From contig JAAZMF010000145.1 of the NCBI GenBank assembly GCA_012798955.1, forward strand, positions 15,450-79,449: 64,000 nucleotides of DNA. The letters run 5' to 3'. The DNA is from Bacillota bacterium (GTDB taxonomy: Bacteria > Bacillota > Limnochordia > DTU087). The notes below the pieces were generated by a model. It made no database searches. It worked only from the letters and a program-made list of their open reading frames with translations, and had not been told where the DNA came from. The translations under genes and the position numbers were made by a program. This document shows positions 53,295 to 63,995 of this stretch, in pieces; the stretch's first letter is position 1, and the number at the start of each line of letters is the position of its first letter.

Positions 53295-54503
53295 CTAAGC
53301 CAAAATGGTAACTACTGCCTGGGCGACCATCCCTTCACCCCGCCCCGCAAGGCCTAGACCTTCAGAGGTCGTCGCTTTGATACCAACTTGGCTGATAGAT
53401 ATCCCAAGCACTTGGGCTATGTTTTTCCGCATTTGCTCAATATAGGGGGCTAGCTTGGGGCGCTGTGCCACGATGACACAGTCAATATGGCTAATTGACG
53501 GACAAGAACGATTGCCTGGGAGAAATTGCTCCTTCACTTGTCTAAGCAAACCCAGACTATTGGCACCCCGCCACTTAGGATCCGTATCAGGGAAATGCCG
53601 CCCAATATCCCCTAAGGCCAGTCCGCCTAGTATGGCATCAATAATGGCGTGCACCAACACGTCGGCATCGGAATGCCCCAAAAGACCTTTCTCATAGGGA
53701 ATTTCGACGCCTCCTAAAATCAAGGGGCGACCTTCTACAAGCATATGTACATCATAGCCCATCCCCACCCGGGGACTAGGGGGATTAGACGTATGGATCG
53801 GTTCATCCTCGCCCTCGTCTGCCAAGAGTGCCGCAGCCAAGATCAAGTCCTCTTTGGTTGTCAGCTTTATATTCCGATATGAACCTTCTATAAGTTCCAC
53901 CCTCCGGCCGAGCATTTCCACTAGCATGCAGTCATCAGTCCCCGTCCAATTCTCGGCTAGAGCCTGGGTGTGGGCCTCCCACAGGATATCAAATTGAAAG
54001 GCCTGGGGGGTTTGTATAGCCCAGAGATCTTCCCGGGGTGGAGTCGAGGCAACAAACCCCTCTGCATCTCGCACTTTAATGGTATCCTTAACTGGCACAG
54101 CAACACCTACTGCTCCATGGAGCCTAGCCGCGGCTACCGCTCCATCGATTAATGCCACATCAACCAAGGGCCTTGCCCCATCATGGACTAAGACTACTTC
54201 TACATCGGCAATATCGGCAGCTTGTCTTAATCCGGCCCAAACCGATGCCTGTCGACTCTCCCCACCCGGGATCACCGCCCGCACCTTACCTATGCCATAT
54301 TCACGGACAATTTGCCGGCCAAGATCCACTTGATACTCGGCAGTTACAACGATAATGGCTTCAATTTCCTTAGAGTCCTCCAGGGCCAGCAAGGTCCGGG
54401 CAAGTACGGGCTTGCCTGCTAATTGGATAAACTGCTTGCCACCCTCCAAGCCCATGCGCACACCTTTGCCCGCCGCCGGTACAATGGCCACAACTTGTCC
54501 CAT
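53295..54503 (-). CDS. ispDF: bifunctional IspD/IspF (MEP cytidylyltransferase + MEcPP synthase)
   Basis: IspD motif [14 protein letters not shown]. Acidic linker [17 protein letters not shown]. IspF motifs GMGYDVH and [11 protein letters not shown]. One continuous ORF. Confidence 0.92.
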   Translation of the reverse strand: MGQVVAIVPAAGKGVRMGLEGGKQFIQLAGKPVLARTLLALEDSKEIEAIIVVTAEYQVDLGRQIVREYGIGKVRAVIPGGESRQASVWAGLRQAADIADVEVVLVHDGARPLVDVALIDGAVAAARLHGAVGVAVPVKDTIKVRDAEGFVASTPPREDLWAIQTPQAFQFDILWEAHTQALAENWTGTDDCMLVEMLGRRVELIEGSYRNIKLTTKEDLILAAALLADEGEDEPIHTSNPPSPRVGMGYDVHMLVEGRPLILGGVEIPYEKGLLGHSDADVLVHAIIDAILGGLALGDIGRHFPDTDPKWRGANSLGLLRQVKEQFLPGNRSCPSISHIDCVIVAQRPKLAPYIEQMRKNIAQVLGISISQVGIKATTSEGLGLAGRGEGMVAQAVVTILA

Positions 54504-54543
54504 ATAAACACCCACTCCCCACAGTTGTCTTGCAGATAACGCC

Positions 54544-54714
54544 GTGACGACTCCCCGAACTGAAGTCCGAGGCTTCTCGGTTCATCCAGCCTGCTACTAC
54601 CAGACTATCCCCGATGACCCCGCCCAGGCCTGAGCGCTTTAGAATATTGATAGCAGCGTTGACATCACGGTACCATACAGTAAAGAATTTGTCAAACACT
54701 TGTTCGCTTTTCAT
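54544..54714 (-). pseudogene. IS200/IS605-family TnpB C-terminal remnant
   Basis: Translation ...[41 protein letters not shown] shows the RuvC-III DxNAAxNI motif and the typical NxEA..F..G hairpin-encoded tail. No upstream TnpB body is present. Confidence 0.6.
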
Positions 54715-54830
54715 CCCCGGAATTCATTCCTGGCTTTTCCCGGCTCGGTCCATAAAGACGCCATACAAGGGAAAAGCCTTGCCGTGAACGGCGAGGCTCC
54801 AGAATCATCATATGGAATTCAATCAAAACC
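54715..54830 (-). mobile_element. degenerate IS605-like terminal hairpin repeats
   Basis: 10-bp perfect inverted repeat GGCTTTTCCC (54732-54741) / GGGAAAAGCC (54769-54778). A second hairpin, GCCTTGCCG-tgaa-CGGCGAGGC (54777-54797), resembles the one at 54553-54580. Confidence 0.4.
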
Positions 54831-54874
54831 ATGGGACTACGGCGCTTTTTGCGATAGCACCTAAGCTATAGACC

Positions 54875-55972
54875 TCATAACGCACGCTCCATGGCTTTGG
54901 GTTTGGCGAAAATCATACGGCCAGCTGCTGTCTGCAGAACGCTTGTCACCATGACTCCAATATCTTCTCCGATATACTTGCGACCACCATCCACCACGAT
55001 CATGGTACCATCATCTAAGTAAGCAACACCCTGACCCTGCTCCTTGCCATCCTTGATTACATGTACAACCATCTCTTCGCCAGGTAACACGATGGGTTTC
55101 ACGGCATTGGCCAATTCATTAATATTAAGTACTGCCACACCCTGCAATTCTGCCACTTTATTAAGGTTATAATCATTGGTCACGATCTTGCCACCTAACG
55201 CCTTAGCTAGGCGCACCAATTTGGTATCAACTTCAGCAACATCATCAAAATTTCGATCGTAAATCTTTACATTGACATTGGGTTCTTTTTGCATTTTATT
55301 TAGAATATCGAGGCCCCGCCGACCTCGGTTACGCTTAAGCACATCAGAAGAATCCGCAATATGCTGCAACTCTTCTAACACAAAGGCAGGTACAACTAAG
55401 ATACCTTCAATAAATTGCGTCCGGCAAATATCCGCGATACGCCCATCTATGATGACGCTAGTATCCAGGATCTTGCATGGCACCTTATGACCAAATGTGC
55501 GACGATCCCGCCCAGGGTGCTTATCAACTGAGCGGGGAAATATGTTAAGCAAATACAATAATTCCTCTTTCTTCTTTAGAGATACGGCCATTGCAATATA
55601 GCCCATGGACAAAGTTGCGATTAGGGGAACATATTCTCCAATAACAGGTATATGACTTGGTATAGGGATAGTGGCGAGAATGCCAATGAGGAGTCCAACA
55701 ACTAAACCGATAGCGCCAATAATTAACTCATATGGGGATGTGCGATTGAGACTGCCAATTAAGCGGGATACCAATTGCTCGAACCTATCAACTATCCATG
55801 GCCCGATGATAAAACCCAGAAAAGCCCCAACCACCGCGGCTCCAGGCAAAAGCCGACTGTCCACCGCTATGGCATCAGACAGCATTCCCGTCCGCAGCGC
55901 ATAAGCAGCCCCTTGATGCAAAATCCCGGCGCCCATTAAAGTAAAAACTAACCTCAGGATTACTTTATACAT
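54875..55972 (-). CDS. yacL: PIN/TRAM-domain membrane protein YacL
   Basis: N-terminal TM segments, PIN core ILDTSVIIDGRI, TRAM end VTSVLQTAAGRMIFAKP. ATG 55972 lies 8 nt after AGGAGG. The track ORF extends to 56008. Confidence 0.88.
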   Translation of the reverse strand: MYKVILRLVFTLMGAGILHQGAAYALRTGMLSDAIAVDSRLLPGAAVVGAFLGFIIGPWIVDRFEQLVSRLIGSLNRTSPYELIIGAIGLVVGLLIGILATIPIPSHIPVIGEYVPLIATLSMGYIAMAVSLKKKEELLYLLNIFPRSVDKHPGRDRRTFGHKVPCKILDTSVIIDGRIADICRTQFIEGILVVPAFVLEELQHIADSSDVLKRNRGRRGLDILNKMQKEPNVNVKIYDRNFDDVAEVDTKLVRLAKALGGKIVTNDYNLNKVAELQGVAVLNINELANAVKPIVLPGEEMVVHVIKDGKEQGQGVAYLDDGTMIVVDGGRKYIGEDIGVMVTSVLQTAAGRMIFAKPKAMERAL

Positions 55973-56059
55973 GATTGTCACCTCCTTTATACAGTCTACC
56001 CGAAACATCCATAAACATTACCAACTAGGGATCAAAACGCGTCAGGTCATACCTGACGC

Positions 56060-56536
56060 CTATCCCAGACACTCATCCAGGAGCTCTTCTACTTGCTCCT
56101 CAGTGCTATCTTGAGCCAATACCAGCTCACTAATGAGGATCTGCCGCGCGTTATCTAGCATCTTCCTCTCGCCGGTGGAAAGCCCCTTCTCAGCATCTCT
56201 AATGGCGAGGTTACGCACCACTTCGGCCACCTCAAAGATGTCACCACTGCGGATCTTCTCCATGTTAGCCCTGTATCGCCGGTTCCAATTGGTAGACATC
56301 TTGGATTTGTCGCCTTTTAGCACTTCCACCACTTTACTAACTCCGTCATCATCGATGATTTCTCGAAGACCTACTTCTTCTACGTTGTCCATGGGGACCA
56401 TGACTTTCATCTCACCGATGGGCAATTTCATGATATAATACTTTTGCTTTTGGCCTAAGACCTCTTTCTCCTCGATAGCCTCGATTACACCTGCACCATG
56501 CATTGGGTAAACTACCTTGTCACCGATATTGAACAT
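56060..56536 (-). CDS. carD: CarD-family transcriptional regulator
   Basis: MFNIGDKVVYPMHGAGVIEAIEEKEVLGQKQKYYIMKL. ATG 56536 lies 8 nt after GGAGG. Confidence 0.9.
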   Translation of the reverse strand: MFNIGDKVVYPMHGAGVIEAIEEKEVLGQKQKYYIMKLPIGEMKVMVPMDNVEEVGLREIIDDDGVSKVVEVLKGDKSKMSTNWNRRYRANMEKIRSGDIFEVAEVVRNLAIRDAEKGLSTGERKMLDNARQILISELVLAQDSTEEQVEELLDECLG

Positions 56537-56584
56537 GCTAGGGACCTCCATTCCATAGCCTTTTGGCTATACGTACCCTAGTTT

Positions 56585-56614
56585 ATTTTATCATAAAAGG
56601 CCAAGAACTGTCAA
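56585..56614 (-). promoter_or_regulatory. sigma-A promoter of carD
   Basis: Minus strand reads TTGACA (56614-56609), an 18-nt spacer ending in TGA, then TAAAAT (56590-56585). Confidence 0.65.
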
Positions 56615-56684
56615 TCGCGCCCACGGGCGAGGTTTTTCGGACAATTACTCCGCCAGACGCACAATTACTTATAAATTGCTACAT

Positions 56685-57767
56685 CTAAATATGTCGATCC
56701 AAAAGTACTTGCTCTCTCAACCGTCGCAAGCCGTCTTGAATAGCCTTAGCCCGCACTTCACCAATGCCCTCTACATCGTCGAGCTCATTGGTGGTTGCGG
56801 CTAGAATGTTGGGGAACTCCTCAAATGTCTGAATCAAGTTCTCGATAACCGGCATAGGCAACCGTGGGATTTTGGTCAAGATACGATAGCCCCTGGGGGT
56901 CACAGGGTTATCTAAACTGGCCACACCCCCACCATAGCCTAGCGCCCGGGCGATAAGTGATAGATCCAGTAAGTCTTCCGCGCTCCAATGTCCTAGTGTT
57001 TCCCAAACCTCTTCAGCTGTCTCTTCCTTGGTGGGAGATATATAGTCCTTGACAATCAAGAGACCCTGGTCAGAGATACCTACCATCAATTCCTCCAGTT
57101 GCATATTCATGAGCCGACCTTCGGCGCCTAGCTCTGACACATATCTTTCTATCTCGCTGGCGATTCTATCCACCATCTGAGCCCTCTGTAATACCTGAGT
57201 CACATCAGTAAGAGTAATAAGATCTTCAAACTCCAAGGCGCTGATATTGGTCAACGCCTGCTCCATAACACTCTTGTATTTTTCGAGGGTTTGCAGTGCT
57301 TGATTGGCCTTGGCCAAGATTACACTTACATCACGTAATACATACTTAAAATTCCCTTTATAAAGAGTAATGACGTTCCGGCGCTGGGAGATAGAGATAA
57401 CTAGTTCGCCGGTTTGCCGAGCAACTCGCTCAGCCGTGCGGTGCCTAGTACCAGTCTCAAATGTGGGAATCAAGGGATCCGGATTAAGTTGGGCATTGGC
57501 AAACAAGATCCGCTTTCCCTCACTGTTTAGTACAATAGCTCCGTCCATCTTAGCCAGCTCATACAAGGATGTTGGGCGCATTTCAGAATCGATACGAAAA
57601 CCACCATCCACCAGATCCAGGACCTGCTCACTATCACCGACGACAATCAGGGCGCCGGTACGGGCCCGCAGAATATTTTCCAGACCCTCATATAGCATAG
57701 TCCCGGGTGCAAGCATCCCCACTGTCTTCATCATCTGATCGTCCAGTGTCGGTCTGGCGTCCTTCAT
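56685..57767 (-). CDS. disA: DNA integrity scanning protein DisA (diadenylate cyclase)
   Basis: DAC-domain motifs GALIVVGD, DGAIVL and GTRHRTAER. C-terminal HhH motif GIGEVRAKAI. Confidence 0.93.
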   Translation of the reverse strand: MKDARPTLDDQMMKTVGMLAPGTMLYEGLENILRARTGALIVVGDSEQVLDLVDGGFRIDSEMRPTSLYELAKMDGAIVLNSEGKRILFANAQLNPDPLIPTFETGTRHRTAERVARQTGELVISISQRRNVITLYKGNFKYVLRDVSVILAKANQALQTLEKYKSVMEQALTNISALEFEDLITLTDVTQVLQRAQMVDRIASEIERYVSELGAEGRLMNMQLEELMVGISDQGLLIVKDYISPTKEETAEEVWETLGHWSAEDLLDLSLIARALGYGGGVASLDNPVTPRGYRILTKIPRLPMPVIENLIQTFEEFPNILAATTNELDDVEGIGEVRAKAIQDGLRRLREQVLLDRHI

Positions 57768-57800
57768 GTGGTCCCCCCCTCTCCTAGTGAAGAATCTAGT

Positions 57801-59192
57801 CTAGCTACCAACATAGGGCATGGCGATCTGCAACGATTGCTGCAATGACTGGGCAGGAATCAAATCCAGATGAAATACACCCAAATCCAGGTTTCGATAG
57901 GCACTGCTAGGAATTATGCATTTTTGGAAGCCTAGTTTAGCCGCTTCCAGAAGGCGGCGCTCTATCTGGGGAACCCCCCGCACCTCTCCAGCCAAGCCCA
58001 CTTCCCCCATAACCAGCATATCGCCATCTATAGCCCGATTATATAAACTACTAGCAACAGCACAAGCCACCGCTAGGTCAACTCCTGGCTCTTCCACCCG
58101 GACTCCACCGGCGACATTCACATAAACGTCCTGAGTCTGAAGCTGTAAACCGCAGCGTTTCTCCAAAACTGCCAAGATCATGGCCAATCGATTGGAGTCC
58201 ACGCCATTTGACTGGCGTCTAGGTGTGCCCCCAAAAGGACTAGGACCGACTAAGGCTTGGATTTCTACCAAGAGAGGCCTAGTCCCCTCCATACAGGCAG
58301 CTACTACTGAGCCGGGTACCTGCTCTGGCCGCTCCGCCAAGAAAAAGGACGAAGGATTATGCACCTCATCTAGGCCCCGTTCCCCCATTTGGAATACACC
58401 GATTTCATTGGTGGAACCGAAGCGGTTTTTTACAGCTCGAAGAATACGGAAATTGGCATGACGATCACCCTCAAAGTACAACACAGTATCCACGGCATGC
58501 TCTAATACCTTTGGACCTGCAATGGAACCGCCTTTATTAACATGCCCCACAATAAATACAGGAATATCTAGCCCCTTAGCAGTATTCATGATTCGGGCCG
58601 TGGATTCCCGCACTTGGCTGACACTCCCTGGGGGTGAAGAGATCTCAGGATGATTCATGGTCTGGATGGAGTCTATAATACACATAGCCGGCGACAGATC
58701 CACCATGTGAGAGATGACTTGCTCCACATCGGTTTCTGTCAACACGAGCAGTGCATCTTGGATAACACCTAAACGGTCAGCCCGTAGCCTTAGTTGAGCA
58801 CTGGACTCTTCCCCAGAAACATACAGAACCGTCTGATTATGCCTTGCCACAGAGCCAGCCACCTGCAATAGCAGGGTTGATTTGCCGGCTCCTGGTTCAC
58901 CCCCAACTAAAATCAGGGCCCCGGGCACTATGCCACCACCCAGAACCCTATCCAATTCAATAAATCCAGTGGATTGGCGACTACCAGGGACACCAACAAC
59001 CTCGGAAAGAGGTATGGGCTGGGCCAAAGGGCGACCTCCATGCCTCATCCCAACGCCGGTTGGCAAAGTGGGAGGTTTAATCATCTCTTCCACAAGAGTA
59101 TTCCATTCACTGCAGCCGGGACATCTTCCAAACCACTGCAATGTCTCATGGCCACAAGCCTGGCAGACGAATCTTCGCTTTATTCGAGCCAT
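57801..59192 (-). CDS. radA: DNA repair protein RadA/Sms
   Basis: Zinc finger FVCQACGHETLQWFGRCPGC, Walker A GEPGAGKST, KNRFG motif. ATG 59192 follows GGGGGA. Confidence 0.95.
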   Translation of the reverse strand: MARIKRRFVCQACGHETLQWFGRCPGCSEWNTLVEEMIKPPTLPTGVGMRHGGRPLAQPIPLSEVVGVPGSRQSTGFIELDRVLGGGIVPGALILVGGEPGAGKSTLLLQVAGSVARHNQTVLYVSGEESSAQLRLRADRLGVIQDALLVLTETDVEQVISHMVDLSPAMCIIDSIQTMNHPEISSPPGSVSQVRESTARIMNTAKGLDIPVFIVGHVNKGGSIAGPKVLEHAVDTVLYFEGDRHANFRILRAVKNRFGSTNEIGVFQMGERGLDEVHNPSSFFLAERPEQVPGSVVAACMEGTRPLLVEIQALVGPSPFGGTPRRQSNGVDSNRLAMILAVLEKRCGLQLQTQDVYVNVAGGVRVEEPGVDLAVACAVASSLYNRAIDGDMLVMGEVGLAGEVRGVPQIERRLLEAAKLGFQKCIIPSSAYRNLDLGVFHLDLIPAQSLQQSLQIAMPYVGS

Positions 59193-59385
59193 ATATGTCC
59201 CCCAGAATCTGTATGGCAAATCAGCTTAAGTATAGCATTCTTGCGCGCTTATATCAATTTGGCACTCTTTTCCGCAAATTACATACTATGGGGAAGGGGG
59301 GCGCCTGCTCTCGCCCCCACTTATGCCCATACATGCACACACAAATATAGCCACTCTCTATCCATATACCCCGGTATTCTCTTTG

Positions 59386-61827
59386 CTAAACAGTAGCTAC
59401 TTCCTCTTGCTTCGAGAAGACAAGTTCACCATCTTCAGCACCCACAAAAATCTGGTCTCCCTCTGCAAAGGTACCCTTCAAGATCTCCTCTGACAACGGA
59501 TTTTCCATGAGCCGTTGGATAGCCCTGCGTAGTGGCCTAGCACCGAAGTCGGGGTCAAACCCCTTTTCTACCAGTACTTCTTTGGCCACATCACTGACGG
59601 CAATGGACAGACCTCTTTCCTCGAGTTGATCCCGCAAATCCTTGAGCATAATGTCCACGATTTCTTTGATATGCTCCTTGTTGAGGGCATGGAAGACCAT
59701 GGTTTCATCGATCCGATTGAGGAATTCCGGTCGGAAGGTCTTGCGCAACTCCTCTGTAACCATTCTCTTCATATCCTGATAGTCAGCCTCACCGTCATCG
59801 GTAAGCCTAAATCCAATGCCACCAGTGGAGCGCTGAATCTGATGGGCCCCCACGTTTGATGTCATGATGAGCACAGTGTTACGGAAATCCACAGTTCTGC
59901 CTTTGGCATCTGTCAGGCGCCCATCTTCAAGCACCTGCAAAAGTACGTTGAAGACCTCGGGATGGGCTTTTTCTACTTCATCAAATAGAACCACTGAGTA
60001 AGGGCGGCGACGCACCTTTTCTGTAAGTTGCCCAGCTTCCTCATACCCCACATATCCCGGAGGTGCTCCTACCAAGCGGGAGACTGTGTGACGCTCCATA
60101 TATTCAGACATATCCAAGCGGATCATGGCGTCTTCATCACCGAAGAGGGCCTCGGCTAAAGCTCGGGCTAACTCCGTTTTGCCTACCCCAGTGGGACCAA
60201 GGAAGATAAATGAACCTACCGGCCGCTTGGGATCCTTAAGACCGGCATAGGCTCGGCGTACCGCCTTAGAAATAGCAGTAACAGCCTCGTCCTGACCAAT
60301 AACCCGCTCATGAATAATCTCCTCTAGGTTCAGCAAGCGTTCCATTTCTTCTTGGGCAAGCTTAGTTACTGGGATACCTGTCCAGCTAGATACGACGTCG
60401 GCAATATCATTTTCATCAACTAGACCCTGGCGCCTCACCCGGTCAGTTTTCCATGCCTCCCGTTTACTATCCAACTCTTCTCTAAGTGCTTGCTCTTGAT
60501 CCCTTAGCGAAGCAGCCTTTTCGAACTCCTCGTTCTTGATGGCCGATTCCTTTTCAATCCTAAGATCTTCGATTTTCCCCTCAAGCTCTTTGAGTTCCGG
60601 TGGGGCTGTCAACCCTGAGAGCCTGACCTTGGAGGCGGCTTCGTCGATCAAGTCGATGGCCTTATCTGGCAAGAATCGATCTGTCACATAGCGATCAGCG
60701 AGTTTTGCCGCGGCTGTCAAGGCTTCATCAGTGATCTTGACTCGGTGATGGGCCTCATAGCGATCCCTAAGACCCTCTAGAATAGCGATGGTCTCTTCCA
60801 CACTAGGCTCATCAACCTGGACCGGCTGGAATCTTCGCTCCAAGGCGGCATCTCTTTCCACATATCTGCGATATTCATCTAGCGTAGTGGCTCCGATGGC
60901 CTGTAACTCACCCCGAGATAAAGCTGGTTTTAGGATGTTGCTGGCATCTATGGCCCCTTCAGCGGCACCGGCCCCGATAATGGTATGCATCTCATCGATA
61001 AACAGAATCACATCGCCTGAGGTGCGGATCTCTTCCATCACCTTTTTGAGCCGCTCTTCAAACTCTCCCCTGAATTTGGAACCGGCCACCAAAGCGCCTA
61101 AGTCCAAAGTGACAACCCGCTTTCCTATCAGCGTCTCTGGGATATCACCGGCCACAATCTTCTGGGCTAAGCCTTCGGCTATGGCCGTTTTCCCTACCCC
61201 TGGCTCACCGATGAGACAGGGATTGTTCTTAGTGCGCCTACTAAGCACCTGGACAACCCTTTGGATTTCTGACTCCCGTCCAATCACAGGATCGAGCTTG
61301 CCTTCCCTGGCCATATCGGTAAGATCCCGACCGAACTGATCCAAAGTAGGTGTCTTGCGGGCGCGACCTTGCTTACCACCGCTTGCAGGTCCAGCCCCTT
61401 CACCTAACAAGTCAAGCACTTGCTTCCTAACTCGCTCCAAGTCGGCACCTACATTGCTAAGCACCTTGGCCGCAACTCCCTCTCCCTCACGAATCAAGCC
61501 AAGTAAGATGTGCTCAGTTCCGATATACGTGTGGCCTAACTGCCTAGCTTCATCGAAGGCTAGCTCCAGCACACGCTTTGCCCGGGGGGTAAATCCAATC
61601 TGGCCAGTAGTAATACCATCTCCCCTGCCAATCACCTTTTCCACTTCTAGGCGAATCTTATCCAATTCGCCCCATTCCTGTAGGACTCTAGCTGCCACTC
61701 CGTGACCTTCTGCCACTAGCCCCAAAAGAATATGCTCTGTTCCTACTACATTATGACCTAAACGTCGGGCCTCTTCTTGGGAAAGCACGATTACCTTCTG
61801 AGCCCGCTCAGTGAATCTACCAAACAT
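59386..61827 (-). CDS. clpC: ATP-dependent Clp protease ATP-binding subunit ClpC
   Basis: [13 protein letters not shown], two Walker A sites (GEPGVGKT and GPTGVGKT), UVR-like linker. Confidence 0.97.
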   Translation of the reverse strand: MFGRFTERAQKVIVLSQEEARRLGHNVVGTEHILLGLVAEGHGVAARVLQEWGELDKIRLEVEKVIGRGDGITTGQIGFTPRAKRVLELAFDEARQLGHTYIGTEHILLGLIREGEGVAAKVLSNVGADLERVRKQVLDLLGEGAGPASGGKQGRARKTPTLDQFGRDLTDMAREGKLDPVIGRESEIQRVVQVLSRRTKNNPCLIGEPGVGKTAIAEGLAQKIVAGDIPETLIGKRVVTLDLGALVAGSKFRGEFEERLKKVMEEIRTSGDVILFIDEMHTIIGAGAAEGAIDASNILKPALSRGELQAIGATTLDEYRRYVERDAALERRFQPVQVDEPSVEETIAILEGLRDRYEAHHRVKITDEALTAAAKLADRYVTDRFLPDKAIDLIDEAASKVRLSGLTAPPELKELEGKIEDLRIEKESAIKNEEFEKAASLRDQEQALREELDSKREAWKTDRVRRQGLVDENDIADVVSSWTGIPVTKLAQEEMERLLNLEEIIHERVIGQDEAVTAISKAVRRAYAGLKDPKRPVGSFIFLGPTGVGKTELARALAEALFGDEDAMIRLDMSEYMERHTVSRLVGAPPGYVGYEEAGQLTEKVRRRPYSVVLFDEVEKAHPEVFNVLLQVLEDGRLTDAKGRTVDFRNTVLIMTSNVGAHQIQRSTGGIGFRLTDDGEADYQDMKRMVTEELRKTFRPEFLNRIDETMVFHALNKEHIKEIVDIMLKDLRDQLEERGLSIAVSDVAKEVLVEKGFDPDFGARPLRRAIQRLMENPLSEEILKGTFAEGDQIFVGAEDGELVFSKQEEVATV

Positions 61828-61848
61828 TTACCCTCACCTTCCTTTTTG

Positions 61849-62943
61849 CTAGGCGTTGGCATCCTCCAAGCCAGTCTGTATATATTCCCGTACAAGATGG
61901 GCTCGATACACATCTCGCTCATCTGCATCCATATCTTTGCCACCAATCTTCTGTAAGTGGGCCGGCCTAATCAGCACTACGAGGGATTTGAGAATCTGGG
62001 CGTCGAGTTCATCGATTAGACCCAAATCAACTCCCAGCCATACCTCGGAAAGCAATTGCATAGCTTCTTGGCTAGATAGGACCCGGGCCTGACTCAATAT
62101 ACCTAAGGCTCGATATGTCCTGTCCTCTAACTCCGCCTTGCCCATCCGCAAAACTTGTTGCCTAGCCTCTTTTTCTTGATCCACAATCTGCCTGGCCACA
62201 GTTGCCAGATGGGCCATGATCTCCTGCTCTGAATGGCCTAGAGTGAGCTGATTTGAGATCTGATAGATGCTGCCCACCGCTTCAGTTCCCTCGCCGTACA
62301 GGCCCCTTACCGCTAGCCCCAATTTGTTGACAACCGGGATTACCCGTTGCATTTGATTCGTCATGCCAAGCACTGGTAGATGCATCATCACCGATGCCCG
62401 AAGCCCAGTACCAACATTGGTAGGGCATGCTGTCAAATACCCCAATTCCGGCGAAAACGCGTATGCCAGATGCTCACCAATGGCATCATCCACCTGATCA
62501 CATTCTTCCCAAGCAGACTCCAATTGAAACCCTGGGTAAATGGACTGAATGCGGAGATGGTCCTCTTCATTGACCATGATGCTCACAAGCCCATCCCTGC
62601 GCAAGATAACAGCCTTATGCTGTACTTCCCTTGTTTGTTGAGGGCTAATCAAGTGTTTTTCCACTAGCAGCTCTCTCTCCAGCCTGGGAACCTGGGCCAT
62701 GGCAAGATAGTCCATATCTAGTCCCTTATCGGCCGTTGCTGACCGAACTATCTCACAAATATGAGTCAACTGCTCATCATTGGCCATAGCCGGGAAAGGC
62801 ACCTTATCTACATTTCTTGCCAACCGAATACGACTACCTAGCACAATGTCATCTTCGGGACCCCGACCCTTCATCCACTGGCAGAGCACGTTGTTTACCG
62901 CTTCTGGTATAGACATCCATATCGACCCCCTTTCCTCACTCAC
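61849..62943 (-). CDS. mcsB: protein arginine kinase McsB
   Basis: Phosphagen-kinase-like core NEEDHLRIQ and TACPTNVGTGLRAS. Lies between mcsA and clpC. Confidence 0.93.
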   Translation of the reverse strand: MSEERGSIWMSIPEAVNNVLCQWMKGRGPEDDIVLGSRIRLARNVDKVPFPAMANDEQLTHICEIVRSATADKGLDMDYLAMAQVPRLERELLVEKHLISPQQTREVQHKAVILRRDGLVSIMVNEEDHLRIQSIYPGFQLESAWEECDQVDDAIGEHLAYAFSPELGYLTACPTNVGTGLRASVMMHLPVLGMTNQMQRVIPVVNKLGLAVRGLYGEGTEAVGSIYQISNQLTLGHSEQEIMAHLATVARQIVDQEKEARQQVLRMGKAELEDRTYRALGILSQARVLSSQEAMQLLSEVWLGVDLGLIDELDAQILKSLVVLIRPAHLQKIGGKDMDADERDVYRAHLVREYIQTGLEDANA

Positions 62944-63479
62944 AGTCTATTTTCCCGTCCCTTTGATTCCCGTAGTTCTTTTTCAAGGCTACGGATCTTA
63001 TCTCTAAGTTTGGCAGCCTCTTCGTATTTCTCCTGACCAATAGCTACCCGCTGCTGTTCCCGCAATGCTTCGATTTGCCTGCGCTGTTCAATGGCAACAC
63101 CTTGAGAACCGGGCGCCTTACCAGAATGGGTAGTCGTACCTTGAATGCGCCGCAATAGAGGCTGTATTTGCCCTTTAAACTGCTCGTAACATACACTGCA
63201 GCCTAGTTGACCCACCTCTTTGATCTTGCTATAGCTAAGACCACAGTTGGGACAGCAAGCTATTGCCATCCCCACCGTCGGGCTTTGAGATGGGACAGGA
63301 ACCTGTTGTAGCATCCCTGTCAGAAATTCCTGAAACGTAAATGCCACGGGAGAAACCAGAGTCAATTCTCCCTTGGCCTCGGCGCAATGCTGACATAGAT
63401 GGAATTCTGTCTTTGAATCGTTGACGATCTTCGTAACATGAACCGTGGCCGGGCGCCTACGACACTCTTCACATAACAT
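62940..63479 (-). CDS. mcsA: McsA (UvrB/C-motif activator of McsB)
   Basis: MLCEECRRRPATVHVTKI..., repeated CxxC zinc fingers, C-terminal UVR motif YEEAAKLRDKI. Confidence 0.9.
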   Translation of the reverse strand: MLCEECRRRPATVHVTKIVNDSKTEFHLCQHCAEAKGELTLVSPVAFTFQEFLTGMLQQVPVPSQSPTVGMAIACCPNCGLSYSKIKEVGQLGCSVCYEQFKGQIQPLLRRIQGTTTHSGKAPGSQGVAIEQRRQIEALREQQRVAIGQEKYEEAAKLRDKIRSLEKELRESKGRENRL

Positions 63480-63496
63480 CTCCCGTTACCTCCTAT

Positions 63497-63970
63497 TCAG
63501 CTCCCATGGAGCAACAATAACAACATGGACCTTAGCAAAATCGCAGTAGCTCGCTCCAAATAGACATCATCTAGGCTTTGGGTCTCTTGCCGCAGTAAAG
63601 CCCGCACAAGCACTGCTTCGTTATGGTCTAGATGGCCTTGGTCCACAAGTCTAACTAGTAAAGCTTCCGCCTCCCCTAGTTCCATGCTGTCCCCTACAGT
63701 CTCGTGTATCCAAGCATAGATATCCTGTCGTTGCCTGGGTTCTAAGCGAAAAATCCGAATATAGCCGCCACCACCCCGCCTGCTTTCAACAATATATCCC
63801 CGCTCACTATTGAAACGAGTCTTGAGCACATAGTTAATCTGGGATGGCACACACTCAAATAGCTCTGCTAACTCAACGCGGCGAATCTCCAAGCTAGGTT
63901 GGTCTGCTTGATCGAGCAAGGCCTTAATATACCGTTCAATATGATCAGCTAAGCTACTGATTGGCGTCAC
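63497..63970 (-). CDS. ctsR: class III stress gene repressor CtsR
   Basis: ISSLADHIERYIKALL...VPSQINYVLKTRF...GYIVESRRGGGGYIRI. GTG start. Confidence 0.92.
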   Translation of the reverse strand: MTPISSLADHIERYIKALLDQADQPSLEIRRVELAELFECVPSQINYVLKTRFNSERGYIVESRRGGGGYIRIFRLEPRQRQDIYAWIHETVGDSMELGEAEALLVRLVDQGHLDHNEAVLVRALLRQETQSLDDVYLERATAILLRSMLLLLLHGS

Positions 63971-63988
63971 CCCCTCAACCTCGGGAAC

Positions 63989-63995
63989 TTTGACC
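63989..63995 (-). promoter_or_regulatory. possible half of a CtsR operator
   Basis: GGTCAAA heptad on the minus strand, 19 nt upstream of the ctsR start. The second heptad would lie beyond the window edge. Confidence 0.3.

Noticed and set aside
54370-54543. Continuation of the 114-aa ORF 54370..54714 into the ispDF coding region.
   Set aside because: Only the first ~57 codons look TnpB-like. The rest is an out-of-frame read across the ispDF start, so the ORF as a whole is not a real gene.
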